From Trichosphaerium sp. ATCC 40318 (lineage: Eukaryota; Protista; Tubulinea): a DNA stretch of 64,000 nucleotides. Both the position numbers and the translations under genes were made by a program. The stretch covers positions 248,001-312,000 of the forward strand of contig JALMLS010000204.1 in assembly GCA_038496445.1 (NCBI GenBank), in the 5' to 3' direction. Of this stretch, positions 23,564 to 37,806 are shown piece by piece; position 1 is the stretch's first letter, and the number at the start of each line of letters is the position of its first letter. The notes beneath the pieces were generated by a model. The model made no database searches and had not been told where the DNA came from. It saw nothing but the letters and a program-made list of their open reading frames with translations.

Positions 23564-25017
23564 ATGAGCTCTAAAACAAAGAAGGAGAAGAAGTCCAGCA
23601 AGAAGGACAAAAAACGCAGTAAAGATAAAAGCAAAAGCACTGAACCGTCTAAAGACAAGTCTGACGACTCAACCCAATTACAAGACGAGCGTGGTGGTTC
23701 ATTGGATGTTTTCTTGCACCCTCTAGTCCTTGTTGCGATCAGCGACCACTACACAAGAGAGAAGGTTCGTAAAAAGATAGAGAAGCCTAGAGCTGTTGGC
23801 GCATTGTTGGGCGTTCAAACTGGACGTAAAGTGGAGGTAAAAACCTGCTATGAGTTGGTTTGTACTCTAGTAGACGGTAAATGGATTATTGACACCGAAT
23901 ACCTCAACACAAAAACAGAACAGAGTACGTGAATATCATTTGCGCCGTTCAGTAAATTAAAAAACTCTCTAACGCGTTATTACAGTCAAGGAGGTGTTTA
24001 AGACGTATGATTTCTTGGGTTGGTATTCAACAGGTGATGCTCTGCTCCCTGAGGATATTGAGATCCAAAAACAAGTACAAGCCCCTTCCTATGTTCTAAA
24101 TATACTAATAAGAGCGCCAGTTGTTGGAATTGAATGAAAATCCTTTGTACCTATTGCTTGGAACAAATATCGCTATGAATGCTCGGGAAATCCCTCTCAA
24201 GATTTACGAGAGTCAAATTAAGTTTGTTAACGACGCTGCTGTGCAAGTACGTAAATTGAGGGTCTTTAATTTTTTTTTCTTCACTGACAAGCGCCATTGG
24301 GTTTAATCAACGCGATTGCGTTGTATTAACCATCAAAAACCAACAAAAAAAACCGTTTAGTTGAAAAACCAGTTGTCGCTTTCATTTTTCTCTTCAAGCA
24401 TTTTTAACTCACCTCCGCCACTAGACTTTTGTTTCAACTGGTTATAAAATCGACACTGGTTCAGCGGAAGGTGTTGCTGTTGATCACGTCGCAAATGCTC
24501 GTGGTACAGAAAGTACAGCGTCTAGATTGACCCTTCACTTGTCTGCTTTGCAAAGCGCTGTTGAAATGTTACATATACGTATTCAAGCTATTGTGCGTTA
24601 TATTAAAGCTGCTCAAGCAGGAGGAGCGAAGGTACAGTAGTAATTTTGTTTGATTTCGTTAAACGTCTTTAATTATTTGTTTAGTTTGATCATACACTCA
24701 TACGTCAAGTGTCAGGGTATGTTACTTTTTTTTTCTTAGTTTAGTTAGTGCGCAATAGTGTATTTAATATTCTTGTAGAATTTGCAACATGCTTCCTGCT
24801 ATAGATAGCGCTGAAATTGGACAAGATTTCGTTAATGTATGTTTTTTATCTTTTTAGGTTTTTTTTTATGTTTACTTATTGTTTTTAGGAATACTCTGAT
24901 GCCTTGCTCGTTACTTACCTAGCCTCCATGACTAACACATCTAACACTTTGAATGAATTGATTGACAAATTTAATGTCACTTATGATAGACATAACAGAA
25001 GAAGAGGCTATTGGTAA
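23564..25017 (+). CDS. CSN6: COP9 signalosome subunit 6 (MPN- domain; multi-exon)
   Basis: LHPLVLVAISDHYTR, AVGALLGVQTGRKVEV, FLGWYSTG, NENPLYLLL, AEGVAVDHVA and EYSDALLVTYLASMT. Confidence 0.9.
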
Positions 25018-25205
25018 AACAAAAGGCTTTTTTGATTACAACTTGAAATAAGTTGTTTTGGTTTGAAATAACCCCCAAATTGGTTTGGTAATGCGCCTGC
25101 CTGCCAACCAAAGAAAAAAAATAAACTGAACTATGATGGCCTTTTATTCAATCATGTGTATAAGAATTTTTTTTGTTGTTCTCGATTCTCACGGTGTTGA
25201 AGTTT

Positions 25206-25968
25206 TCAATTCATTCCAGGCATTTGGACGTTATCAAAATTCAAGTTTGGATTTTGAGCCTTGAGCTTGTTAAGCATCTCCATGTTTTTCAATTGGTCTG
25301 ACGTTGGTTTACCCATTTGTTTTTGTCTTTGGTCGAACTAAACTCGGTGTTAGTACGGAGTTAAACATTTATGAAATGTAACAGTTGTCGATGAAAGTAG
25401 ATACAAGTATCGTTGTACTATTGACTTGCCATCATTTTTTCTACCATTGCGCGTGATTCTCCATCCAAGTCACCTAGTTTAGAGGACTCTGGCTCAATTT
25501 TTGTAGTGTCAACTTCTGGGTCACCAACGCATACACAGGCCCACCATTCCATTTGGTTGACTTTGAAGAGTTCGATTACTAACGATACTTGGTCCTACGT
25601 TGACAATTATTTGTAAATTGCATGTTGTTGCTGACTATTTATTACATACCTCGATATACCACTGTGTGTCGCCTGTACGAATTGCTTTATGTAAATCGCC
25701 CTTATACCATTATTAGTCTTAAATACGTCAAAGCAGAAACGTACATCCACTATGCATTCGGTTTCGCCTCTTTTCTTAACTTTAATGTGGTTTTTTGTAA
25801 TTTGTATGTCCATTTGCTTGCCACGCGTAGCTTCTTTCAAGTCTATTGTCAACGTTACTTCCTTTAGTGTTTGGTTCCATTTGTATGGAAGTGAGCCATT
25901 GTTAGCGCCTGTGCATCATTAGGGTCTGACGTATGATATGAAAAAGTACCTTCTCTTGTTTCCGCCAT
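25206..25968 (-). CDS. NUDC: NudC-family CS/p23-domain co-chaperone (multi-exon)
   Basis: [69 protein letters not shown]. Confidence 0.9.
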
Positions 25969-26067
25969 AGTGTTGAGATAAGATATGTACTAAGTCAGAC
26001 GAGGACTTTTGTACCAGTCAAGATATTTTCAAATCTATTTTCTCATAGCTGTGGGCCTCCGAGAACG

Positions 26068-28394
26068 ATGGCCACAGTTAGTACTATCCCAAATGAAGCA
26101 CTAATTACTGATTGGATAACATGCTTTGCTGTCGTCACGTTTGATCTTGAATTTGGGCAGAGTACGCGCTTTATGTTATCAATTTCGCGTTAACTTTAAT
26201 TTAGAACTCGAGGTAATGTTACCGTCTCGTAAATTTACACAAGAGGAAGTTACCAATATGTGCGTTTGATTTCTAGCGTTATTTCGCGATTACTTGGGAT
26301 AAAACTCCCTACCACCTATTTTACTTCCAAAAGTGTACAACACCGTTACTGTACCTTATACATGCTATTAGATGCTTCTTATCTTTTCCGGACACTACTA
26401 GTACGATTGGAGACACTATATACACATTTCGCATACGGCGAACAAGAGCACGTACGTGTACAACGTTTCTGAATAAAACTGGCAATACCAGAATGTTGTA
26501 CAACGTTTTCCAACATCATAAAACTTATTACCTCATCTCTAGCACGTAGAAAACGCGATAGATTCCTATACGGGTATGTTTTCTTTCGACAAGCAAAGGA
26601 TGCATCCATTTCCCGAGGATATCTACAAAAATCGGTTGTATTAATATCAAAGTACCCTTACGTTGCTCTATACAAAACGGTACGCAATGGTTATCAAGAG
26701 AAATCCCTCAGCGTTCAGTTTGAGCATCGAAAAGCGGTAAAAACTAAAACTAAAAATTAGGTTGTTGAAGTTGTTGGAAGGAAGTTTTTTGAGTTTGGCG
26801 CAGAAACGTTAACTTCAGGAATGAAGCAAGTATGTGAATGGCCGAAAAGAAAAGCTGGTGAACAGTTATCATTATCTGTACTGGTAAGTTTTTTGTAGAC
26901 AGTACAGCTCGTATTGGAGTTTTTTCTTCATACTGACATTTTGACACTTTGACGTTTTCTTTTTCATTTTCTTTGTTTGTCTTATACCTATTTGTAGGGC
27001 ACAACAGTTGATTTTCATGTACCTCACTCTAGTGGTATAGCTATTGTTCATAACGATGGTGCTGATGCGAAGGATCAGCTTATTTCTAATATGGCAGCAA
27101 TTAATTTGTATAAACTTTTTGGGTTTTGTGTTAATAAGTTGTGGATGATTTGGGAGATGGTACTACTTGGTCATCCTATTATGGTTGTTGCACAAGAACC
27201 TACTGTTACAGCAGACGCAGTTTTAGCACTTGTATCAATGATATCGCCAGTAGAATACAGGCAAGCCTTTTTTTTTTCTTTGTTGTCTAAGACCTAAAAT
27301 CTAACTTCTCTTAGCGGTGATTTCCGTCCTTACTTCACTATACATGATCCAGATTTTAAAGAATACACTCAAATTGGTAACCCACCAGCTAATTTAATCT
27401 TGGGTGTCACAAACCCTTTTTTCCTAAAAGCACTTGAGCACTGGCCGCATGTTATAACAATTGGTACCAAGTATGTTTTTTTTTCGTTGTCGAAAGATTC
27501 CCTCTGTGTCATCACGTGATAAATGATTATTGATTTCTTCATAGGTCTGTATCACATATTTCAAAAGGCGGTAAAGGTAGATCAATTAAAGTAACAGATG
27601 GGATAAAGAGTGAAGTTAAAACGAAATTCAAACCTTTTTTTTCACCTGATAAACAAATCCTTAAACAGCTCATAAAAAAGAACCCAGATTCACCTATTAC
27701 AGGTATGTATTTATTTTATTTTCTCATTTATATTATAATATAAACACGTGCTAACTTTTGAAATAAAAAGCTGCTGTAAACAATGAGCTATTGCGCCGGC
27801 ATTTCATCAGAATGACACGTAATTTTATGCTTCCTTTGGAAAAATATATTGAAACACTTGTACCTAAAACATTGACGATACATGGTAATGTACCAAAACT
27901 AAGACCTTTCAGAGAGGCAACATTTATAGCATACTTGATAAAAATGGGTACGCAACATACCTTCTAAGCATCTCAACAAAGAGTGACTAAAACATTTTCT
28001 GAAACAAAAAAGAAAATCTAAGAAAATAATAGGAAAAGCGTCAAAAGAACTTGAGTTGTATCGTGCTTTTATCCGAACACCAAACTTTGTTTGGTGGTTC
28101 CGTGCGAAGAAGAAGGTTGAGTATCATAACTTATACCACAGATATTATAATATGCTTCAAAAGAGGGATGTTATAAAAGCATTCACATCAGAAGTTGAAT
28201 CTGTTGATATGTACCTAAGACTCAAGTCTTTGGTTGAAGCAAAACCACTCATGTTACCTGATGATCTTGTACCAAAGATTAGAGATATGATGGTAAAACT
28301 TGTTGCATCATTACCCGATGATCTTAAGGTATCTGTTTTACAGAACTTGGAAGCAAAAGATAGTACAAGCGAAGAAGGTGAAAGTGTAAAATAG
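26068..28394 (+). CDS. DENND6: DENND6/FAM116-like Rab GEF (multi-exon)
   Basis: [83 protein letters not shown] and [11 protein letters not shown]. Confidence 0.9.
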
Positions 28395-28570
28395 TCATAG
28401 TAGAAATAATCAAAAAATCAAAAAAAGTTATTAACTTCGAGAACTTGTTCTCTTCACATTTTATTTATAAATAGTCATACTCAAGTACATTTCAATTGAA
28501 ACTTGCATTAGAATAACAACAAACGACATTTGTACGAGATTTTCCAAGTGGTGGGTCATGGTCTCAAGTT

Positions 28571-29612
28571 TTATTTCTTTAAACCAGGGTACTTATCACC
28601 ACTTGTTTCTTTGTACCAAGAATCGAATCCTTGCCTAGCACGTTCCTTAATCTTCTTATTAAACTCCACCCATAAATACTCTTTTATAATATCCTTATAC
28701 TCGTCCTCAAAGTCTGCATCAAGCTCTTTTGTGAGCTTTCCTTTGTCCACGTGATAATTTGTGTATTGCAATGTATCATTTTCTTTTGAGTGTTGTACAG
28801 CCTTTTGAAATCTACCAGGTACATCAAATTGAGATCCTAGGTAGTCCAGAAAGTCATCTGCAGTGGTATTCGGTTTTGAACCTTTTTTAACTTGTTGTCG
28901 TTCTTTGAACACAGTGCAAACCATTTTTTGTTTTGTGGGAACAATTTTTCCGTTTTTAGTAAATGAGTGATGTTTCAAAACGACACCCTCAGGAGATCCT
29001 CCCAAGTGAGATTTCAACTCTCCAGCTTCCATTGAAGCTATCATTTCGGCACACTTCTCGAATGGGTTGGCTGTTTCGTCGGTATTTTCAAAAAGAAGTG
29101 GAACTGATTCTAAACCAGTTCTTACGGCTTCTTGAGACATTTCTTGTGCTGACAGGTACTTTTTATCTTTAATGTGGTACAAGTCGTAAAGGATGAAATA
29201 ATACTTTGGCATTCGCTCATACGTCACCACATTATGCCTGAGGGAACCTACAGCCTCACCGTGGTATCTGAAATCCTCAGAAAAAATGTCTAGGACAGTT
29301 AACAATAGAATGTGCGTCAAATCGTACCTTTTATAGCTGATAGCATGCTTATTGTCTTTTCAAACATATTTAGATGCGTTTTAATCGGTTTCCGTTTGTT
29401 GTAGAAGGTAATTTCGCCATCTTTTACTCCGAAAGAGAACTGGCTTCCGTCTATCTTTTCTTGAACGTACCTGAGAGGAAAAGGTTAGGCTGTAACGTCG
29501 GAGTCTAGTTTTGCTTTGAAAGGTCAAAAACATCGATTGTTTACCATTTACTGTTAGGACCGCTCCAATCTCTCTTTGATTCTGCCAAATGAGGTATCTT
29601 TGGGTAGTTCAT
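28571..29612 (-). CDS. Rnl2-family (T4 RNA ligase 2-like) ATP-dependent RNA ligase, two introns
   Basis: Nucleotidyltransferase motifs: YPKI, motif I QEKIDGSQFS, III YHGEAV, IIIa FILYDL, VPLLF, IV EGVVLK, V KQKMV, plus a helical C-domain (RFQKAVQH...KLTKELDADFEDE...GFDSWYK). Confidence 0.82.
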
Positions 29613-30137
29613 TGCGCTGGTAATGTGTATTTTGTTGATTTTGATGCTATTTTTGACAAAATGTTGTGTTTCGTTTGTTGAATGTATTTAACGCTAAGTT
29701 CGAACAATAAGTGAATATGGCACATCTTAAAGTACAAGTCTTTATTGCTTACTTCTTCTAATGTATTATGAGAACATTCTCATTCACACAGAACAAGTGT
29801 AAGTAACCATAGTACACAACTATTTGCTTCACAAAAATATTATACACGTGATAATATACATAAGTCACTGACAAATAACTAATTTTATCTTTGGCAATGA
29901 TAAGATTATCTTAACGTCATTTTGTGGTATTGAATCAATTGTCTGTGTTGTATTAGTGTTGTGGTTATTTGTTGCGTTCAACTTTAAAAAAAGTACTAAC
30001 AGGTCAAACGATGTCTCTACTCTTTGTTGTTTAGAATCAATTGTACAATGACCGTACAAGATGATTTCAAAGTATGAACATAGTAATAGTTCAAACTAAT
30101 TTGATTTATTTGGACAAATTGTGGTGAAGGTTTTTGT

Positions 30138-32338
30138 TCAGTTGATGGAAGCTGTGGTTCCAAAATAATCTGCAATCCATCCTCCGATAATCTTATCTTC
30201 TTGTTCCCTTTACACAATGTCAATAAAAAATGGGCTTGTGTTTGTAATGGTACAAAAAAAAAAGTTACCTTGCTTCTTTGACATAGATAGGATCAGCAGG
30301 GTTAGGTCCACGCAAGTCGAGATGGTGAGCAGCCTCAGGTATAAGTATAGCAGGTAGAGAAGGCTTGATTGTGTGCAATACACCAGAAGAATGCCAAGGA
30401 TCAAGCATTCCATTAGAGAAGATAATATTAGATGCACTCTTTAGCGCTTCGAATCCACCCCCTTTTTCTCATTAATAAAAACAAAACACTGTGGTGTAGA
30501 CGTACAGTGTATGCGAGACCAAGCTGGGTTAAGTGTAACGCCAAACTGCTCCTTACAGCTAGCAATATCGGTAGCTGGGTCGTACTTTGTGTAAGGGAAC
30601 ATACCGCTAAATACAAGTGTTGGTAAAAAGCAAGTTTCAGACTCAAAATTATTAATACAGTAATTTTTTTTTCACTTTCGGGTGAGTTCGTACGTGTTGG
30701 CGTTAGGTAAGTATACTTGTGTACAAGCGAGATAAGGCCATGCAGGACCTGATGCAAAACTTGGTACATCACTAAAAATGAGTATAAGTGAGGTAACACA
30801 ACAACATGTTTCTTCAACAACAAAATTATTAGTCCCCAAAAACCGGCACGCACGTTGTTGGATTGTAGCATTGGAATGATCCAGTATCATTATAAATAGT
30901 TCCCATAGCATATCCCAATGAATCAAGCTAATAATTAGTAAGTTAAATCCAACAATCTTCGGAAGAGACTTTTGATTAAATTTCGTACAGGATCAGAAGT
31001 CTTCAAGATTCTGTTGCATGTGATATTGACAGGGTACCCAGGTAATTTCACACCATAGTCTGTAGGATAAGGGTAATCAAGCATAGCTTGATTAACAAGA
31101 CCTCCAGCAATCCAATCAACAACCTGTAAACAAAAAAAAGTTAGAAAAAAACGAGATGCCATTGAAGGTCCTACGTACAGCAAGTGCTGCGGCTTCATCC
31201 TTTAGAGGACTACATAACTTCAACTTGCTGACAATAGTAGAGCGGCCTGAATCAGTGCTTGCTAGGGTAGTCATGGTCGTCATAGCTTGCTTTAGTGCTA
31301 CATCACAGTTTGGTGCAGCTTGTCTATAAGTATCCGTGGTAGACTCAGCAAAAGCATAAGGTGATACACCTAAAATGCTTAATTAGTTGAAAATATTTTT
31401 TGTTGTTTGCTCTTTATTTTGGTTACCTGTTCCTGCAAAAGCGAATGGAGCTGATCCAGCTAACCCACCAATTGTAAGTTGAGGGTATTTCAATCTTTTA
31501 TAAGAGTCAGACGGGATACGCAAGATGTTTGTTTGAAAAGTTGTTTTTGCTGTTTTTTTTCCCCCCTACCTGAACCATGTTGTGAGCATTCCTCCGTAAG
31601 AGCCACCAAAGGCCACTACTGGGCAATTAGCTGCTCCAGGGATTGTCTCTTTCAAGTGTGGAATTAGAATAGCGTAGTCTGCGAGCGCTTGATCTGAAAT
31701 AGCGTGAGTTAGTTGATATTGGAGTTTGACTTTATCATAATGTCTTGGCGCGTTGCGCGTACCTGCTGATAGGTATCCAATGTTTTCGCGAGTGAATGAC
31801 GCATTACCAAAAGGTAAACTCTCACCGAAATATCTGTGTTCAGCAAAGACTAGGAGGCCACCGTATTTAGGAGCAAGTACCTATTCGTCAAACACGTCAA
31901 TTTTGGCGTACAAGAAGCGTAAAACAGAAAAGTATCACAAATTACATGGAATGTTCCGTAACGGCGAAATAAAGATACGTACTTGCGTAAAAAGGCCGCT
32001 TGCAGTGTAATAATCAGTTACAGGCGATTCGTTACCAGTATAAAAGAAAATAGGTCCTTTACAACCATTTGGGTACGCTTTTCCATGTTAATAGGCGTAA
32101 TAGACGCTAACCGTACACTTTGTTCCCCAGTATTTGTCAGCGTACAAGTATCTCTGTTGATACGTTCCCTGTGTTTGCTGGTTGAAGTTATCTACACAAT
32201 ACGTCAGTAAAAAACAAACACAATGGAATTACCAAGCAGCTGGGTGAAATACTTGGTAGTGTATGGAGGTGGTGGGTCTACAGATAGTACAGACGCCAAA
32301 AAGAATACCAGCGTAATCGCTAGTAGCAGCCGTGTCAT
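30138..32338 (-). CDS. Peptidase S28 (lysosomal Pro-X carboxypeptidase / DPP7-like), secreted (multi-exon)
   Basis: Signal peptide, YFTQLL, GPIFFYTGNE, FAEHRYFGESLPFG, DQALADYA, FGGSYGGMLTTWFR nucleophile elbow, NIIFSNGMLDPW and AHHLDLRG. Confidence 0.92.
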
Positions 32339-32673
32339 TGGTGCAGAAAAATTAACCAACTTAATCTGTTTTAAGTCAACGACATGGCGTCAAAATGGCC
32401 GTAGCACCAATGGTATTGCGTGATAACAATGGCTGAGGTGCTTATGCATGTCTGGGCATGCAAAAGAATGTTTTCTACGCTCAGAAATACAGCGTAAACG
32501 TCGTAATTTTTAATTTGCCGATCTCGGCGTAAAATCGGTTGAATCCAACTTGGTTTGTGTTAATATGTTCTTTGAGGTATCTTGAACGTAGCAGGAGCTA
32601 GATAAATAGGTTTAGTTGAAAGCTGCCTTATCTTCGCCGTTAACTTATTCGTATTCAAAAAATAACAAACAAC

Positions 32674-33593
32674 ATGAACAGAGGAAGCAGAGAACCGAGT
32701 ATACTACCTAAAACAGTACTTACTTTATCAACGTGGGCAAGTGTTTGTGTGACAGGATACCTTACATTTGATTCTGGCTGTTTTTCTATCAGGGATGTAG
32801 TATTAATACAATGCGCTAGTACGGTGGCGTTGCGAACTACAATTGCTATTTGGTACGTTAGATAAAGATATCTTTTCGCTTGTCTTCTTCTTAGCGTTCC
32901 TTAGGGTACTGTTCAAGAGAGCAGTGACGTGGGAAGAGAGTATATCTGTTAGTTTTTTTATAAACTTTAATTTGGGATTAATAGCGTATATGGGCTCTCA
33001 AGGACCAGCATTTGGACTCGTTGACGTTGGATTTCTAGCCATGTATTTGTTTGGGTCGTATTTAAACACGTACAGTGAGTTTCAGCGTATGATATGGAAG
33101 TTTGATCCTAAGAACAAGGTAATTTATGTGGCTCAGATTTTGTGTTGTCCACTTTTTTTTTGTACACGTGTACGTAAACGACTTTTTTCAACTAACAAAA
33201 CACTCGTAGGGTAAATTGTATGTTGAAGGATTATTTGCTTATAGCAGACATATTAACTACTTTGGTGATATTGTGTTGTACACAGGTGCGTCTATTGGTT
33301 ATCTTTTTTTTTCTTTTTTTTTTCATTTCAAAAACATAATGACACAAAGCTCACATAAAGATAATAACGTCCTATTCTTGAATGCTATTTTTTGTACAAG
33401 TTCAAACCTAACAATTCTATGTACAGGTTACGCTCTACTCTCTCGTAATTGGGTTTCTCTTGTAGTACCTCTTATTATGTATCTTGGATTTAAGTTTATG
33501 CATATTCCGGACTTGGAAAAATACCTTACAAAATATGGGGACGACTTTGAAGAGTATAAAAAGAACGTCAGCTCTTTAATACCTTTCATTTAG
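32674..33593 (+). CDS. DUF1295 / steroid 5-alpha-reductase-like integral membrane protein (multi-exon)
   Basis: Hydrophobic helices, SEFQRMIWKFDPKNKGKLYVEGLFAYSRHINYFGD and HIPDLEKYL.KYG..FEEYKK..SSLIPFI. Confidence 0.82.
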
Positions 33594-34108
33594 TGATACG
33601 AAAAATAGTTATAACATTTGCACATAAACACTTTACACAATTGTCTCCACTGTTATTTTTTCTCGTAATGAGCTTTTATTGGTAAACCATCAATGACATA
33701 AAACTTGATACTGCAAAGTAAAGTACAATTTTTTGTTGATACAGAATGTCACACTAGAAGTTTTTGATGTGTTGGCACGTGGTACTGTATGAAGCTACTA
33801 CAAGTGGCTTGCATACCAATAGAAGATAATCGCAACTACTGGTGGTAACCCAAACAATAGGTATAAAAGCACTCTAGACAAGGTACACGAAGGATTTGTA
33901 ACGGAGCTTTGCGAGCACTACTCATTTAGTAAAAGTAAAGGACAAGTTCAACGTAATGTAGTTTTGATCAATCTTTCCTTGCGAGATTGTGTGGACTCTA
34001 AGCTCTGAGGGTACTACCGAGTTTAAGTACTCCTGTTTAAGTGCACAAGGTGAAAAAATTAGAATACTAACGTTTGTAGTTGCATAAACACTAGTCGCAA
34101 ACAGAACA

Positions 34109-34520
34109 ATGCAACTATTTATTAAAATGCTTACTGGTAAACTAGTTGTAGTAGATATTGATCAACATGATACGATAGATGAGATAATACAGAAGATATG
34201 CAAAAAAGAAGGTACAAAAGAGCGTTTTAGGGGCTGATTAGGTAAAAATAGCTGTACTAATAAAACGTTGTAGGCATATCTCCACATCGCCTCCTTTTGA
34301 CATTATCGGGAACATTGCTCGAGGGTTTCCATAGTTGTCTCTACTACAACATTCAAAAGGTACTGTTTTAACATTACTTAGCTACAAGTGAAAAAATGCT
34401 GTACACTCTGTTACTGTTTTCAACAACCCTTCGTCACTCTTGTGTTAGGAAAGTACACTTCACTTAGTAAGCAAAGATGATCCTTCTTGTCCATCACATT
34501 ACAATAATAACAATAAATAA
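34109..34520 (+). CDS. Divergent ubiquitin-like protein lacking the C-terminal GG (3 exons)
   Basis: MQLFIKMLTGKLVVVDIDQHDTIDEIIQKICKKEGISPHRLLLTLSGTLLEG..LYYNIQKESTLHLVSKDD...*. Confidence 0.72.
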
Positions 34521-34942
34521 TGTCAAAGCTATATATATGCTATTCTTGACAGTTTACCCGTGTAATTATTGAGTCATCGTGATGACTAGCAACTGAATGT
34601 GACAACTTTGTATTAACGAACAGGCATTTAGAATAACCGAAACGTTAAAAAGCGCACACATGGTGAGAATACGTGTAAGAGACGTGGCCTTAGTTGTAAG
34701 ATAGCGAGCTTTGTTAACAAGTACTTAATTCAGCATGTGTTTTTACTTACCACTTAAATCAGTATGCAACCTTTTGTTGAATCAAATGGTAAAGTACTAC
34801 GTCTGAAGTTTGATACCTAAAGTTACGCCTACATTGAGGTCATCCCTATAACATTTTTCACTTTCACGTGCCATTGTATAAGGCACCCTTTTCCCTAACT
34901 GTCAACAAATGTCATATTACTTCATCATCAAGTTGACACGTG

Positions 34943-37806
34943 ATGGACACAAATGAAGCGCTACGACAGCAATACGCAGAGAAGAAAAGATTAAAGCAGG
35001 AGAAATTAGAGGCTTTGAGGTACTCTATGCCATAATATCATGTTCTTATGTTGTAAAGTAAATAACCACCACTGTAGAGCGCGAAACAAGCAATACGGAA
35101 ATTTCTCATCCCAATCTTCATTGGCGTCTACTATAAGTTCCCCTACACCTAATGGTCACTCAAGCAGTACTCTAACATCAGAATTATCGCTCCCAAAGGA
35201 AATCTCAGGGATTTTACAAGACGTTGAAAAATCACCTTATAAGCCAACAGTACAAGCTTCTACCACTCCTAATGGCTCAGTTACGTGATAAAAACAACGC
35301 TAAAAATATTTTTATGATAGTTTAACAAACCTTATCACGATAAAAATATCACGTGATCGTATTATACGCATGTGAACATAAAAAGACAGGATTTTGTTCT
35401 TTTTAGACTTCAAAAAAGATATAAATACTAACCTTAATACAAGGTAGCTAATGGCGATGTAACTAGCGTTTCAGCTCAAGAAACGGGCCTAAAACGAAGT
35501 TTAGCACCTCTGGTATTAGTATCACTGGGAAGTTATAACATAGTACCTAAAGAGAGAGTGTTATACGCAAGGGGAACGCAAACAACGGATTCTGGTCTTC
35601 CTAAACCTATGCAAACTAATGGTACTGGGTACGTTTCATTCTTTGTTTCTTTTTTTCTTTACTATGTTGTCTTTTTCGTCACGTGATTGTTTTTTAAGTA
35701 TGCCAGCAAATACTCCACCACGTGTAGATGTACTTCGAACACCTACAAATGTACTTCCTAATACACCGATGCGTAACCAGTACAATTCAACACCGAATGT
35801 GACAGATGTTTTTCGAAATAATTTTGCTGCCTCTTTATCGCCTTACAGAGTTCCTGCACCATCTAAAACTAAACGAAGTGATAAAGGCAAGTTTATCATC
35901 GATGGTTATGCGTGTTAAACAAGATATAGAGGAGGAAGAGCAACCAGAAAGAAAGGAGAATCCAATAGATAGCACACCTAGAGAAGATTCCGTTTTTAAA
36001 CAACACGTTGATGATTTCCCTTCGACGTCATCTCCAAGTGGTATTACTCTACTAGCTACAATGTCTCGATTCCAGCGCGCTATAACAGATATATGCTGGG
36101 TGCACTTAACCTTTAAATAACTCTGTATTAATTAGTTTATAGACAAAGAACGGACAGGTTTTATTGACATCTTATAATGCTGGAAGCGCTAGTTTAGATA
36201 AAGGAACTGGCACATGTTGTTTATGGGATCTAAACAGATCTTCTGGATCAAATCCACAACCACAATTTACATTCAAAGCTGATAGTGGTATAGTTAGGTA
36301 ATCATTAACGAAGTTCTATCGAGAACTAACTGTTGTAGATTACTTCCGTACCGCCATGATCCTGGCCGGCTACTAGCAGGAACATACTCTGGACAGTACG
36401 TTACAAACGACAAATATTTAGATAAAACACGTGTTTAACGTTCCTTTCAGGATTCTCTGTTTTGATGCACGTGCTGGCGAGGTAAGAGATGAAAGAAAAA
36501 ATGCCTTTAGAAACTGACGTTGTGGTAGCGAAGTATCATGAAAACCAACTTTAGTAGTGCTGGACATTGTCATCCTATAGTTGCTATGCAATCATATGGA
36601 GTTGATAAAGGTGGTGGGTTTGTTACGTTATCTTCAGATGGTAGATTATGTTCTTGGGAACTTGAAGGATCTTTGGAAAGTCCAGTAGATGTATGATTCT
36701 TTGAGTTATTTTTTCAATTTGGCGTTCTTATGAGATTAGGTGCTTGATTTAGTTTCTGCAAGGAATAATAAAGAAGTTCCAGGAACAGCACTTTCATTAC
36801 TACCACAAGACGAAAACAGGTATTTCATCGGTGGCGAAGGTGCGTGCCTGTCAGTTAAAAAACGAATTGCAAAACATCCAAGAAAGTGATCAAGGATTCA
36901 TACTTTTCTAGATGGACGGTTGTATACAGGCTATAGACACGGTACTTAGTTCAATATTTACACAGTATTTATATTTTATATAGGAACACATCGTGGCGTA
37001 TATAATGGTAACATATTGTGTAACTAACATAATTCTTCTCTCTTACCTTTTACAGAATTTGCCGTTTCTCAGGCTCCTATCACACGTGTTCAATGCCATC
37101 CACAAGGTTCTCTAGTATTAGCATCGTCTATGGATTGGACATTATCACTATTTTATAAAGAACACGTACGATAATGACCCTCAAATCTGTTTAATCAATT
37201 GTTGTAAAGCGAGATGGTGATTTACGAATTGCTCTTGGTGAATGTACAGATTCAGTATACGGTATTATTATAAATAGCTATGCTTCTTGATATTCATTTA
37301 ATTAATTGATACTTAGATATTGCATGGTCAAAATCCACGTGCACTTTTGGAGCAGTTGATGGAGCTGGAAAATTTGGTGTAAGCAATTTATTGAAAAAAC
37401 CCAAAATGGATCTGAGCGTTGGTTCTTTGCTGACATTCGATTTTTAGGTTTGGGATTTAGAACAGACTTTTGAAGGACCTGTTGCGTCGTATTCACATAC
37501 ATCTGCATTAAGTAAAATACAGTGGGGGTAAGAAAGAGCTATAAACATGTGAAATAATGACTGTTTCATAGACCAGAACCTTATTCATCGAAAGTTTGCG
37601 TTGGTGATGCAGCAGGAGCAGTACTATTAATGGACGTCAACCAAGTATGTATTATCAAAACTAGCGAAGATTATTTAGTGATGTTTAAGTGCATCTTTTT
37701 GCGTTTTGGACCATTGAGTGATTGTAACTCTTTTTTTTTTTTCAAGGATTTATTGGGAGACAGCAAGTATAAAACATTGGAGGCCTTGATTCGCGATCAG
37801 TCGTAA
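34943..37806 (+). CDS. Dynein intermediate chain-like WD40 protein (multi-exon)
   Basis: N-terminal coiled coil (AEKKRLKQEKLEALR), S/T/P-rich linker, WD40s with LLAGTYSGQILCFDAR, GHCHPI...LSSDGRLCSWEL, FIGGEDGRLY, LASSMDWTISL and FGAVDGAGK. Confidence 0.8.
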
